Part shown: positions 29,801 through 42,429 of the stretch, in pieces
Numbering within the stretch: position 1 is the stretch's first letter
Layout: every line of letters starts with the position of its first letter
NCBI RefSeq assembly: GCF_009914755.1
Contig: NC_060947.1
DNA: 64,000 bases
From: the human T2T-CHM13v2.0 reference genome, Homo sapiens
Strand: one strand, 5' to 3'
The notes under the pieces: model-generated
What the model was told of the DNA's origin: nothing
Seen by the model: only the letters and a program-made list of their open reading frames with translations
Databases searched by the model: none
Made by a program: the position numbers and the translations under genes

Positions 29801-30084
29801 TCTTGGGAGAAGAAGAAGAAATTAGATTAATTCAAAATATTGATCTAAATATTGATCTTCTAATGTGACAGACATGTTAGAAGAGCATATTGTAGGAGCA
29901 CTGTTATCCTTCTGTCCCTTCTCCCACCTAATTCCAATTTCCCTAATTTTAAAATATTCACTAATAATTAGCAGTTAAATTGGTGGCTGAAATACCAGTA
30001 AATCATCCATGACAACTTTTTAATGTGTAACGTAATTGTAAATATGTAGAAAATATTTATTATCAATAACTAATACTATATGTA

Positions 30085-30324
30085 CAGTCATCCCTCAGTA
30101 TGCACAGGGGATTTGTTCCAGAACCACCCGTGTATACTCAAATCCACTCATACTCAAGTCCCACAATGGATCTCGGGGAACTCACTGATAAGAAAACTCA
30201 GCCCTGGGTATACACGGGTTCACGGCCCACAGACACTGTATTTTCTGTCTACATTTGGTTGAAAAAAAATCTGCATGTAAGTGCACCCATACAGTTCAAA
30301 TACGTGTTGTTCAATGGTCAACTG
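30085..30324. mobile_element. MER8 (TcMar-Tigger MITE)
   Basis: ta|cagtcatccctcagtatgcacaggggatttgttccag...gtgttgttcaatggtcaactg, 240 bp. Confidence 0.8.
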
Positions 30325-30421
30325 CAGTTCTCATTTTACGAAGATTAAATACATTAATAGCTAAATTACTCTTCAGCCTCAAAATATAATTGAAAAATTG
30401 TGAAAAAATGAAACTAAACTA

Positions 30422-30865
<444 letters not shown>

Positions 30866-32760
30866 TCAAATTAAATGCTAGTTTTAATGATGTAAGCTGA
30901 CTTTAATTGGAACAAATCTATTATACTTTATTGTTAGCATTGCCAAAACTTACCTAATATTAAAAGTATGAGTCGGTTAATTTTTCTCAAAATAACAAGG
31001 GTTAAGCTTGTGTTATTATATTCGTCACATTAGTTTTTGGCAAAAACTCTTCAAATTTGCAAAACAAATTTAAAATTGAATTTCTTTAACTCACTTAGAA
31101 ATATAATTTATATGTATCTTTCAGAGAGGATTGCCACAATTGTAAAGCATCCTGTCCAATTATAGTCCATATAAGAATGTGATTAGATTCTGGAAGAAAA
31201 TCAGTAACCCATATACTACATTTAAATCTTATAAGATCAAAACATAAATTTTTTAGCAAACCCAAATTGGCAAGAGCAAGGAAATGACAACTCTGTTTTT
31301 GGTCTTTAAATGTAAATTTAATTATAAATATAATAAATTTTATTATAGTCTATCTTCCTAGAAGAGTTGCAAAAATAACCATAAAGGATACTTGTCATTT
31401 GAATTTACATCAAGTAAAAAATAAAAGGATATTCACCTGTGCTCACACTCAGATCTCTAATCCTCTATTTATGTATTTTGATTTTAAGGTTTGTTGAGAT
31501 ATCTTTCACATACCATACAATTCACAAATTTAAAGTGTATAATTCAATAGTTTTCAGTATATTTATAAATATGTGTAGTCATTAACACAGTCAATTTTAG
31601 AACACTTTTATGGTCTCAAAAAAAACCCAGTACTCTTTAGGTACCATGCCCCTCCATCCTCCACCATCCCATCAGCCTTAAGCAGTCACTAATCTAATGT
31701 CTATCTCTATAGAAGTGCCTATTTTGGAGATCTCATGTAAAATGAATCGTATGTTACATTTTCTGACTGGCTTCTTCACGTAGCAGTATGCCATTTCTAG
31801 TAATGATCAAATAATATTCCATTTTGTGACTATGCCCTACTTTGTTTATCCATTCATCAGTTAATGGACATTTGGGTTGTTTCTACCTTTTAGCTACCAT
31901 GAATAATGCTGCTATCAACATTTGTGTACAAGGTTTTATGCAGACATATGTTTCTATTTATCTTGGGTATACATCTGTGAGTAGAAGGGTTGAATCATAT
32001 GGGTAACTCTATGTTTAACCATTTGAGAAACTGCCAAAATTTTTTCCAAAGTGGCTGCACCATCTTACATTCCCACCAACAGTGTATGAGGATTCTAATT
32101 ATTCCACATCATAGGCAACACTTGTTATTGTCTGACTTCTTGATTCTAGCCATCCTAGTGAGCAGAAGTAGTGTCTCACTGAGGTTTTCATTGGCATTTT
32201 CCTGATGAATAATGATGTTGAGCACCTTTCCATGTGCTTATTTGCCATTTGTATACCTTATTTGTATAAATGTCTATTCGGATTTTTTACCCACTTTAAA
32301 AATTTAGTTGTCTTTTTATCATTGAGTTGCAAGTGTTCTTTCTATATCTCAGATACAATATCTTATCAGATAGACATATGATTTGCAAGTATTTTCTCCC
32401 ATTCTGTAAGTTGTCTTTTTACTCTCTTGATAGTATCCTTTGAAGCACAGGAGTTTTTTATTTCAATGAAGTCCAGTTTAACTGTTTTTGTTGTTCTTGT
32501 TGCTCTTGCTTTTGATCATATCTAAGAATCCATTGCCAAATGTGAGGTCATGAAGATTTATCCTTATCTTTCTTGTAAGACTTTCATAGCTTTAGTTCTC
32601 ACATTTAGGTGTTTTATCCATTTTATGTTAATATCTGTATATCCTGTGAGAACTTCATTCCTTTGCATGTGGCTACCAAGTCGTCTTAGCAGCATTTGTT
32701 GAAAACACTACTCTTTCCACACTGAATGATCTTGGCACCTTTGTTGAAAATCAGTTGACC

Positions 32761-33952
32761 CTCTCACAGCCATTGCAGTACATTGATCTCCATAGAGACA
32801 GTGCCAGGGCAGGTGAGAGCCAGAAGGGCACTGGGCAATTCTGTGCCTCACTGAAGAAAAGTAACTAAACATGGGCAAAAGAGACCCTAAGCAGCCAAGA
32901 GGCAAAATGTCATCATATGCATTTTTTGTGCAAACTGCTCAGGAGGAGCACAAGAAGAAACAACTAGATGCTTCAGTCAGTTTCTCAGAGTTTTCTAAGA
33001 ACTGCTCAGAGAGGTGGAAGACCATGTCTGTTAAAGAGAAAGGAAAATTTGAAGACATGGCAAAGGCAGACAAGGCCTGTTATGAAAGAGAAATGAAAAT
33101 ATATCCCTACTTAAAGGGGAGACAAAAAAGAAGTTCAAGGATCTCAATGCACCTAAGATGCCTCCTTCGGCCTTTTTTCTGTTCTGTTCTGAGTATCACC
33201 CAAAAACCAAAGGAGAACATCCTGTCCAGTCCACTAGTGATATTGTAAAGAAACTGGGAGGAATGTGGAATAACACTGCTGCAGATGAAAAGCAGCCTCA
33301 TGAAAAGAAGGCTGTGAAGCTGAAGGAAAAATACAAAAAGGATATTGCTGCATATCAAGCTAAAGGAAAGCCTGATGCAGCAAAAAAAAGGGAGTTGTAA
33401 AGGTTGAAAACAGTAAGAAAAAGAAAGAAGAGGAGGAAGATGAAGAAGATGAAGATCAAGGGGAGGAAGAAGATGAAGATGATGATGATGGATAAGTTGC
33501 TTCTAGTGTAGTCTTTTTTTCTTGTCTATAAAGCATTTAATCCCCCTGTACACAACTCCCTTCTTTTAAAGAAAAAAAATTGAAATGTAAGGCTGTGTAA
33601 GATTTGTTTTTTAACTGTACAGTGTCTTTTTTTTTGTATAGTTAACACACTACTGAATGTGTCTTTAGAAAGCCCTGTTCTGGTGGTATTTACAATAGCC
33701 ACTAACCTTGCCTGGTAGAATATGGGGGTTGTAAATTGGCGTGGAAATTTAAATCAGATTCTCGTTAGTGCACAGCACAAATTAGTTATATATAGGGATG
33801 GTAGTTTTTTCTTCTTCAATTGTCTGTGATGCATCTAACACAAAATAATTGTTCTGTTAACTGAATATCTCTCTAATTGCAAAAAAGAAACAGTTTCAGC
33901 TGTTTTGTTGACATTCTGAATGCTTCTAAGTAAAAACAATTTTTGAAATAAA
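32761..33952 (+). pseudogene. HMGB1P16: HMGB1 processed pseudogene, full length (5' UTR, CDS 32871-33495 with frameshifts, 3' UTR to the proximal poly(A) site)
   Basis: [22 protein letters not shown]... (box A), [11 protein letters not shown]...KGKPDAAKK (box B), acidic tail, no introns. Frameshifts near 33100 and 33385. 14-bp TSD aaaatcagttgacc (32747-32760) / aaaatcaattgacc (33953-33966). The HMGB1 parent is clear from the translation; the P16 number is from recall and unverified. Confidence 0.93.
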
Positions 33953-34497
33953 AAAATCAATTGACCATAGATACATAGTTTATTTCTGTATTCTTTATTT
34001 TATCCCATTGGTCTACATGTCTGTCCTCATGCCAGTCCCAAACTGGTCTAATTACTATTGCTTTGTAGTAAGTTTTGAAATCAGAAAGTGTGAGTCCTTC
34101 AATATTTTTCTTTTTAACAAGATTATTTTGCTTATTCCAGACCCTTCCCAACCACAAATGGATTTTAGAATCTGCTCGTTGATTTATAAGAAGAAGCCTA
34201 CGGGCCTTCTGATAAGTATTGCATTGATTCTGTAGATCAATTTGAGGAGGATTGTTATCTTAACAATATTGTCTTGAATCAGAAATTTGGAATTTTTTTT
34301 TATGTCTTTAGAAATTCTTTATTTTTTTAAAATGGGTTTTATATTTCTCAGAGTATAAGTTTTACACTTTTTTTAGTTAAATATATTCCTATTTTATTCT
34401 TTTTGATAATATCTTAAAAGTAATTGCTTTCTTAATTTCATGCTAAATTATTCATTACAAATATATAGAAACACAATATTTTTGTATATTGAAAGTG

Positions 34498-34582
34498 TAT
34501 CAGAGATAAGCAGAGCAAGATGGCAGAATACAAGCCTCCATTGATCATCCCCTCTCCAAGGACACCAATTTAAAAACTATAC
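34498..34582 (+). mobile_element. Isolated extreme 5' end of an old L1 (L1PB/L1M 5' UTR)
   Basis: gagcaagatggcagaatacaagcctcc...aaggacaccaatttaaaaactat, including the YY1-type caagatggc. Confidence 0.6.
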
Positions 34583-34583
34583 G

Positions 34584-34837
34584 CAGCCAGGAGCAGTGGA
34601 TCATCATGCTTGTAATCTCAGCACTTCGGGAGGCCAAGGTGGGTAGATTGCTTGAGACCAGGAGTTCGAGACCAGCCTGGCCAACATGGCGAAACCCCAT
34701 CTCTACTGAAAACATAAAAATTAGCTGGGCGTGGTGGCACAAGCCTGTGATCCTGGCTACTCCGGAGGCTGAAACACGAGAATTTCTTGAACCTGGGAGG
34801 CAGAGGTTGCAATGAGCCAGGATCATGCCACTGCATC
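34584..34837 (+). mobile_element. Alu lacking its 3' end and poly(A)
   Basis: Alu sequence stops at ...gatcatgccactgcatc. Confidence 0.9.
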
Positions 34838-35552
34838 GAAAGTGAGGTATGGTAACCTCCAACTATTATTATTATATATTATTATTAAAAAGCCTATTTC
34901 TCTCTTTAATTCTGTCAATGTGTTTTATATATTTGAGGATTACATTTTATGGTTATATATGTTTCTAATTGCTGTATCTTCTTAAATAATGGAACTTTCA
35001 TCATTCTATAATGATGTTCTTTGGCTCTTTTAACATTTTTTGACTTAAAGCTCATTTATAATTGTAGTATAGCCACTCCAGCTCACTTTTGGTTGTTGTT
35101 TGCCAGTGGTCACCAACCCTGGATGTACATCAGTGGTACCTGGGTACCTGCAACAAAATACATATTCCAGGCCCAACTCTAGGCCTACTGAATTATCCTC
35201 AGTTTGGAAGGAGTCTAGAAACCTATATTATCAAAATTATCCCTGCCCAGATCACTTGTGTAGTTAATCCATGTATTAGAATAAATTGGGGAACCACCAC
35301 TTGCACAGCATAATGCCACCATGGTCCAACATCTCCATTTGTAAAAGGGAGAATGTTAGGCCCAGGAAATTTAAGTGTCTTCACAGACCATGTAGGAGAT
35401 CACATCAAGTCTCCTGAGTAAGCATTCAAGTCTACTAAGTAATTAGAGTAAGTACACTGAGTAAGCCTGCTAAGTCTTCCTCTATTCTGTTTCCATTATG
35501 TTATGCTGCACAAAATGTGAAATCACAATGCTGTTTATTCTTACTCTAGTAA

Positions 35553-37380
35553 TTGTCTTAGTTTGAGTCCCCTAGAAAATAAAACCTTAAGCAATAATTA
35601 AATACGAATACTTTATTTGGGAGATGCGAATTCAGGGCACTGAGAGTGGAAAAATAAAAATAGAAACAAGGAAGGGAAGGATGGGAGGTAAAGCAATGCA
35701 TGATACATGAGCCGTTGCCTCAGTATCCACAACTTACCTCTGTGAATACAATCATGCATGGCTTAACAAAGGGGATACATTCTGAGAAATGCCTTGTTAG
35801 GTGGTTTCATCTTTGTACGAACATCACAGTGTACTTACACCAACCTAGATGGTATAGCCTACTAATCACCTAGGCTATATGGTACAACCTGTTGCTCTGA
35901 GGCTACAAACCTGCACACCAAGTTACTGTACCAAATACTGTAAGCAATTGTAACACACTGCTAAGTATTTGTGTAGCTAAACATATCTAAACCTAGAAAA
36001 GGTACAGTACAAATGGGGTATAAAATATTTTAAAAAAGATATACCTGTACAGGATACTTACCATGTATGGAACCTATAGGACTGGAAATTGCTCTAGGAG
36101 AGTCAGTGAATGAGTGGTGAGTGAATGTGAAGTCCTAGAAGATTACTGTACATTCCTGTAGACTTTATAAACACTGATACTTAGGCTACACTAAATTTAT
36201 TTTTTTAATTTTATATAATAAATTAATCTTGGCTTACTATAACTTTTTTGCTTTATAAACTTCTTAGTATTTTTAAACTTGTTGACTCTTGTAATAAAAC
36301 TTAGCTAAAACATATGTAGCTGTACAAAAATATTTTCTTTCTTTATATCCTTATTCTATAAATTTTTTTACTTTAAAGTTTATTTATTTATTTATTTTAC
36401 TTCTTAAACTTCTTTGTTAAAAACTAAGACACAAGCACACACATTACCCTAGGCCTACACAGAGTCGGGATCATCAATATCACTATCTTCCACCTCCACA
36501 TCTTGTCCCACACTGGAAGTTCTTTAGGAACAATAGCATGCATGGAGCTGTCATCTCCTATAATAACTATAATAACAATATTTTATTTTGGAATACCTCC
36601 TGAAGTAACTGCCTGAGACTATTTTACAGTTAATTTTTAGCAGGACACCCTAAAATAACAAGAAAAAGTATAGTATAATAAATACATAAATCAACAACAC
36701 AGGCTGGTAATTATTTGCCATGGCAAATAAATTCTGGTAATTTATTACCATAAAGTTTTATGAACTGTACATAATTGTATGTGCTAGGCTTTTATACCAC
36801 TTGGCAGCTCAGTAGGTTTGTTTACACCAGCATCACCACATAATATGCACTGCAGCAGGACATTATGACGTCACTAGGCAGTAGGAATTCTTCATCTCCA
36901 TTATAATCTTATGGGACCACCATCATATAGGCACTCAGTGGTTGACCAGATAGTGCATGACTGTATATGCATCAGATTGCTCAGCAGGTGTCTCTGCAAA
37001 GTACCCTTGAGCCATCAATGTGAGAGAGAAAAGAAAAGGAATTTTATCTGCATATTTACTTCCTTGTCTCCTGTTCCTGTTTGCTAAACTTTACTCCATG
37101 GCCCTAGCATTTAAGGTGGCATTCTCTAGCTAAGATGTCAAATTCCATGCTCTACCAAGGCAAAAGGAGCCTGAAACTGAGCATGGGGGCAGGTCTGCTT
37201 GGTTGTAAAGGAGCAGTGAAGGGGTTGGCTCTATTGCTTCTGATGCAAGATATAGGTCACCCCCAAGCAGAGGAACCTGGAAAAAAAGACAAGTGGCTGA
37301 GGTTGATGGAGGTGGTGGCAGCGAAGGAATTGGAGTAAGCACATAAAAAAATTGGAGGAGGCACATAAAATGTATCACAT
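35553..37380 (-). mobile_element. Old ERVL LTR (LTR16/LTR33-like) split by Tigger3b
   Basis: tgtcttagtttgagtcccctagaaaat...ctttatttgggagatgcgaattcaggg. Diverged; boundaries approximate. Confidence 0.4.
35749..36963. mobile_element. Tigger3b (MER7B/Golem) DNA transposon, ~1.2 kb
   Basis: TA-flanked termini caatcatgca.../...tgcatgactg. ggggatacattctgagaaatgc...acctagatggtatagcctac. Confidence 0.85.
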
Positions 37381-37394
37381 ACAGAAATGTTGTC

Positions 37395-37984
37395 TGTTGG
37401 GATTCAATCAGAATGGTGGCAGAAATATTAGGGAAAGTTATAGGGAATAGTCACAAACCTTTTGGAAGGCCGAAAGGTTACATAGCTTGTAATAATTGAA
37501 CAGGCTGAAGGCAGCTGGTGCTTACCTTAGAGCATTAGGTCATAGGGTAAATACTAGGGACAATAGAGGCTTCCCCAGTTAAGTCTGTTTACCCTACCTC
37601 CATTAACTAACCTTTGAGCCAGATGGCCCTCTCCGGGGGAGGTCAACTAGGGATGTTGCCCCCTAATGGTATTTATTTCAGACCATGGTACCTGAGTTTT
37701 AATCATTCTGAGAACTACTCTCTTAACCATGTTAATTACCCACAAGTGTGTTGACTCAGAGCTTCTGTTGTTAATTGTATATGAAATAAATGCCTGGAGT
37801 GCAAGCTGCTCAGGGCTGGCCGCAGTGACAAACCTCTCTTGGTGGGCAGGCGGTCAGACACTCAGCAGGACTGGCAAAATAGAATATCTGTGTGTCAGTG
37901 TACGTTTTATTCATCCGTCATTTGGGTCAGGGTCTGCGGGCAGAGCCCCGCAGCTAATGCCCTCTTGTGAGAAGCAATACCTCA
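37395..37984 (+). mobile_element. LTR22 solo LTR (HERV-K HML-5), sense to the host gene
   Basis: tgttgggattc...gggtcagggtctgcgggcagagccccgca...atacctca. Flanks gttgtc / gttgta. AATAAA at 37785-37790. Confidence 0.8.
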
Positions 37985-38240
37985 GTTGTAGTATTGTTAT
38001 TTTAAAGAAGTCTACTAGTTACATTGTCAGTAGCATTAAATGTACTAAATTTCTGATTTCTTTCTCTTCCCCCTACCATCCCTGTTGACATGTTCCATCC
38101 CAGGTCCTGAGCCAATTTCTATCTCAGGAGTGGGTTCCAGAGGCCCATCTGTGCTGACCACCAGTCTCCCATGTCCTACTTGCAGTCTAATGAGTACCAG
38201 TCTGATGCTGGATCTGTTAGCCCTGGCTCCTCATTTACAT

Positions 38241-38945
38241 TGTAACCACCCAATGGGTTCTCCTTGCCTGCTGCCTAGACAGAGCCAATTTATCAAAACA
38301 GGGGAATTGTAATAGAGTTTAATTTATGCAGAGCTGGCTGTATGGGAGACTCGAGTTTTATTATTACTTAAATTAGTCTCCCCAAGAATTCAAGGATCAG
38401 AGTTTTTAAGGATAATTTTTCAGGTAGGGGCTGGAGAAGTGGGGATTGCTTATTGGTCAGGTTGGAGATGAAATCACAGAGGGTAAAAGCCATCCTCTTG
38501 AACTGAGTCAGTTCCTGGGTGGAGGCCACAAGACCAGATGAGCCAGTTTATCATCTGGCTCCTGGCAGCTGATCCATCCAGGATACAGGGTCTACAAAAT
38601 ATCTCAAGCACTGATCTTGGGCTTTACAATAGTGATGTTATCTCCAGGAGCAATTTGGGGAGGTTCAGACTCCTAAGCCATAATTTCTAATCTTTTGTCT
38701 AATGTATTAGTTCCGTAAAGGCAGTCTTGTCCCCAGGTAGGAAGGGGATTTGTTTTGGGAAACAGCTGTTACCATCTTTGTTTCAAAGTTAAACTATAAA
38801 CAGAGTTCCTCCCAAAGTTATTTTGGCTCATACCCAGGAATAAACAACAATGGCTTGGAGGTTAGAAGAAAGATGGACTCCATTGGATAAGATTTCTTTC
38901 ACTGTCATTATTTTCTCAGTATTAATTTTTGCAAAGGTGGTTTCA
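38241..38945 (-). mobile_element. LTR8-family solo LTR (ERV1)
   Basis: tgtaaccacccaatgggttctccttgcctgctgcctagacagagcc...ttttgcaaaggtggtttca. Flanks acat/gcat. Confidence 0.85.
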
Positions 38946-40353
38946 GCATGATCCTTCTTTGTGATACATTTATTTCTGTCATGTCTGTCCCAGCACTCAG
39001 GCATAGATTTCTACTTTATTTCTTAACAGCCTAGTTTGTTTCTGCCAGCTCCCTCCCTGGGTACTGGTACACTCTTCCTGCCATCCATCATTGTTCTGGA
39101 TAGCCCTAGGCCCCTCAAATAGGAATCTTTCCCTCAACTTGGGATCCTGGGTCTTTAACTGTGGAATTGGCCTCTTTTATACCAGCCTTACCCATTTCTT
39201 CTTTTCTCTATGCGACTCCCCTTATTTTAAGCTTGCTTCTTACTTTAGATAACCCCAGTGATAACTGTTACTTGATGGATATGCCTTTCTCCTGCTGCCC
39301 TCCCATACCTATCTTCTCATAGTCAGAGTCTGTACTTTGTTTAGTTGCAAATATATGCCCTGTGTACTTTGTTTAGTTACAAATATATGTCCTACTAACA
39401 TTCTGGTTTTCTGCGCAATCCAAATTCTTTCCTCCTACTCTGCATGCACCAAACTACAATGAGATTTGATTGTGTTCTATGTTATTTAAAAAAATACACT
39501 TTAAGTCAAATAATGTAACATAACCAATTCAACATAATTGTAATATCCAAGACTGCATATATTCTTTGTCCTTATAGTTTTAATTTATTTTCAATTTGAT
39601 AAATGACTCACTTTGCCTTTCATTGCTTTATATTTATAGACAGAGCTGGTAAGTAAAAAAAAAGTGAACTTTTAAAAAGTTTCTTGTTCTTTCTGTTAGG
39701 TCTTCAGTGGTAAACACATGCTCTACAATTATATATTTAGGGAGGCATTTAATCAGAAATTTCAGTAGTCTTTTCCATTATTTTAAGTCCTAGAAAACAT
39801 GCTGTTTATTGGCTTGCTAGCAGCACATTCATACTAATTTGCACACTTAGTAAATCAGTCTGCAAAAATTAAAAATAAACTCTGTTCAAAACAGAATTTA
39901 TATTTAATACAGGACAATTAGAGAAAGTTTATGGTATTCAGAAATGAAAATGCAAAATACAAAGTTAATTTGCTGTCAGCAATCCCTTGCTTCTTTCCAT
40001 GTGGAGGGGTTAATTAGAAAGTGAAATCTTACATCAGTTGTTCTCTTTGGGTAATTTTGTCTTCTTAGAAAATAATAGAAAACTTACTATTTAAAATGCT
40101 ATCAAGCTAGAACTCCTTGAAAGGTCCCCTCCTAATTTTTCATTAAATGACCCATGAAGGCCTACAGAAATCCGAAAATTCAACAGCAGCTAGCCATTTA
40201 CATGTATCCTATGAGGAATTCCCAAAAATGACCACAACTGTAGGGGATTATCTGGAGGAACATCACTCTATCAATAATGTATAGAATCTCACATGAGATC
40301 TGGTAGTAGTGGTGGCAGAGATGGGAAGAGTCTACGTGAGTTGTGGTGCATTT

Positions 40354-41262
40354 TGTTGATGAAAAAGCCAAACTCTGTGAAATATTTAAAGAGGTTTATT
40401 CTGAGCCAATATGAGTGACCATAGACAGGAGAACAATCTCAGGAGGTCTTGAGAAAGTGCCTGAGATGGTCGAGTTACAGTTTGGTTTTATACATTTTAG
40501 GGAGACAAGTTACAGGGAAAGACATAAGGCAATACATACATGTAATGTATACATTGGTTTGGCCTAGAAAAGTCAAACATCTCAATGTGAGGACAGGGAG
40601 GGCTTATTACAGTTATAGAAGGATTCAAAGGTATTCTCATTGGCAATTGGGTTAAAGAGTTAAGCTGAAGACTTGCAGTCCTGGAAATCTGCTTGGAAAG
40701 AAATGCTTGAGTTAAGATAAATGGAGTTGTGGAAGCCAAGGTTCTTGTTATGTAGATGAAGCCTCCGGATAGCAAGCATCAGAGACAATAGATGCTAAAT
40801 GTCTTTTTTTCAGACCTTAGAAGGTATCAGATGCTTAGTTAATCTCTCCTGGATCAGGAAAGGCCTTAGATGCATTAATGAAGATTCTCTACAGATACAA
40901 AATTACTCCCACAAAAGACAGAAGATTTGCAGGGCCATTTCAAAATATGTCAAAGACATGTATTTGGGGGTAAAATGATTTTATTTCATTCAGGGTTTGT
41001 TATTTGCCATGTGATGCTATACCAGAGTCAGTTTGGAATATGGTATCTTATTGACAAAAAGAGTCTGTTTCATCAGTCTTATGATATCTATTTAATCTTA
41101 ATGATGGTCAATTGTGTCTAAACTCCAAAAGGGAGAGGGTATAACAAAGCATGTCCAACCTCCCTTTCCATCATGGCTGGTAATTCAATGTTTCAGGTTT
41201 CCCTTGGCCCAGAGGGGGTCCGTTCACTTGCCTAAGTGGTTGGGGTTATATTTTTGGCTGTA
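40354..41262 (-). mobile_element. ERV1 solo LTR, MER4 group
   Basis: Homologous along its length to 19812-20656 (tgttga...aaactct...tttattctgagcc...gcagggccatttcaaaat). Confidence 0.8.
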
Positions 41263-41288
41263 ATATTATTGGTGGGACAAGAGTTTAT

Positions 41289-41754
41289 TGTGAAAGGAAA
41301 CTAAATCTTGAGGTCCCAAAATCACTATGCTAAAGGGAAAAGTCAAGCTGGGAACTGCTTAGGGCAAACCTGCCTCTCATTCTATTCAAAGTAACCCCTC
41401 TGCTCACTGAGATAAATGCATATCTAATTGCCTCCTTTGGAGAGGCTAATCAGAAACCCAGAAAAATACAACCATTTGTCTCTTATCTACCTATAACCTA
41501 GAAGCCCCCTCCCCTCTTCGAGTTGTCCCACCTTTGCCCACCTTTTCGGACTGAACCAATGCACATCTTACACATATTGATTGATGTCTCATGTCTCTCT
41601 AAAATGTATAAAACCAAGTTGTGCCCCGACCACCTTGAGCACATGTTGTCAGGACCTCTTGAGACTGTGTCACATCACGGGTGTGCATCCTCAACCTTGG
41701 CAAAATAAACTTTCTAAATTAACTGAGACCTGTCTCAGATTTTCAGGGTTCACA
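41289..41754 (+). mobile_element. MER4A1-type solo LTR
   Basis: tgtgaaaggaaa...aagctgggaactgcttagggcaaacctgcctc...gggttcaca. TSD ttat/ttat. Confidence 0.85.
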
Positions 41755-41764
41755 TTATTGATTA

Positions 41765-42137
41765 TAGGTTGAGTAAAACCAACGTGGAAATCCAAAATTT
41801 GAATGTTCCAAAACCCCAAATGCTCAAAATCAGAAACGTTTTGATCACCAACATGGTGCCACAGGTGGAAAATTTCACATTTGATCTCATATTAGGTCAC
41901 AGTCAAAAGGCAGTCAAAACTTGTTTCATGAACAAAGTTACTTAAAATGTCATGTAAAATTACCTTCAGGCTATGTATATAATGTGTATATGAAACGTAA
42001 ATGAATTTCCTGTTTAGACTTGGGTCCTATCCCTAAGTTATCTCATTATGCATATGCGTGTATTCCGAAATCTGAAAAATTCTGAAATCTAAAATACTTC
42101 TGGCCCCAGGCATTTCAGATAAGGAATACTCAACCTG
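41765..42137. mobile_element. Tigger4b (Zombi/MER46) DNA transposon
   Basis: Inverted termini aggttgagta... / ...tactcaacctg. Confidence 0.75.
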
Positions 42138-42429
42138 TTAACACAAAGATATATATATATCCTGTTTGTATATGTATACATATATATGTTATATATATAT
42201 TTTTAAGATGTAAATTTTTCTTTAGATCATTACAAAACTGCCAGGGCGTGAAAAACCAAACAAACAAACAAGTACCCTATCTACATTTAATAGGTAGATG
42301 CTTGTTTGATACAGGAAATGGGCCCAAGGGCTGCATATTGAGTTACCTCCATAGTTAGAACTAAGAGATTGCTGTAAAGTAAATATGGAATGAGGTCCTC
42401 TACAAGTGACCACCTAAGACAGATAAATT

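Larger units (their letters stand above)
31480..35100 (-). mobile_element. Old L1M (L1MB/MC-type) 3' UTR and ORF2 remnants, interrupted by the HMGB1 retrocopy and an L1-5'/Alu cassette
   Basis: Antisense L1 motifs (ttccaaagtggctgcaccatcttacattcccaccaacagtgtatgagg). ORF 33957-34157 resembles ORF2 (LSDFKTYYKAIVI..WDWHEDRHVDQW). Confidence 0.8.

Noticed and set aside
37729-38312. 119-aa and 75-aa ORFs
   Set aside because: They lie in LTR22 and adjacent sequence; chance open frames.
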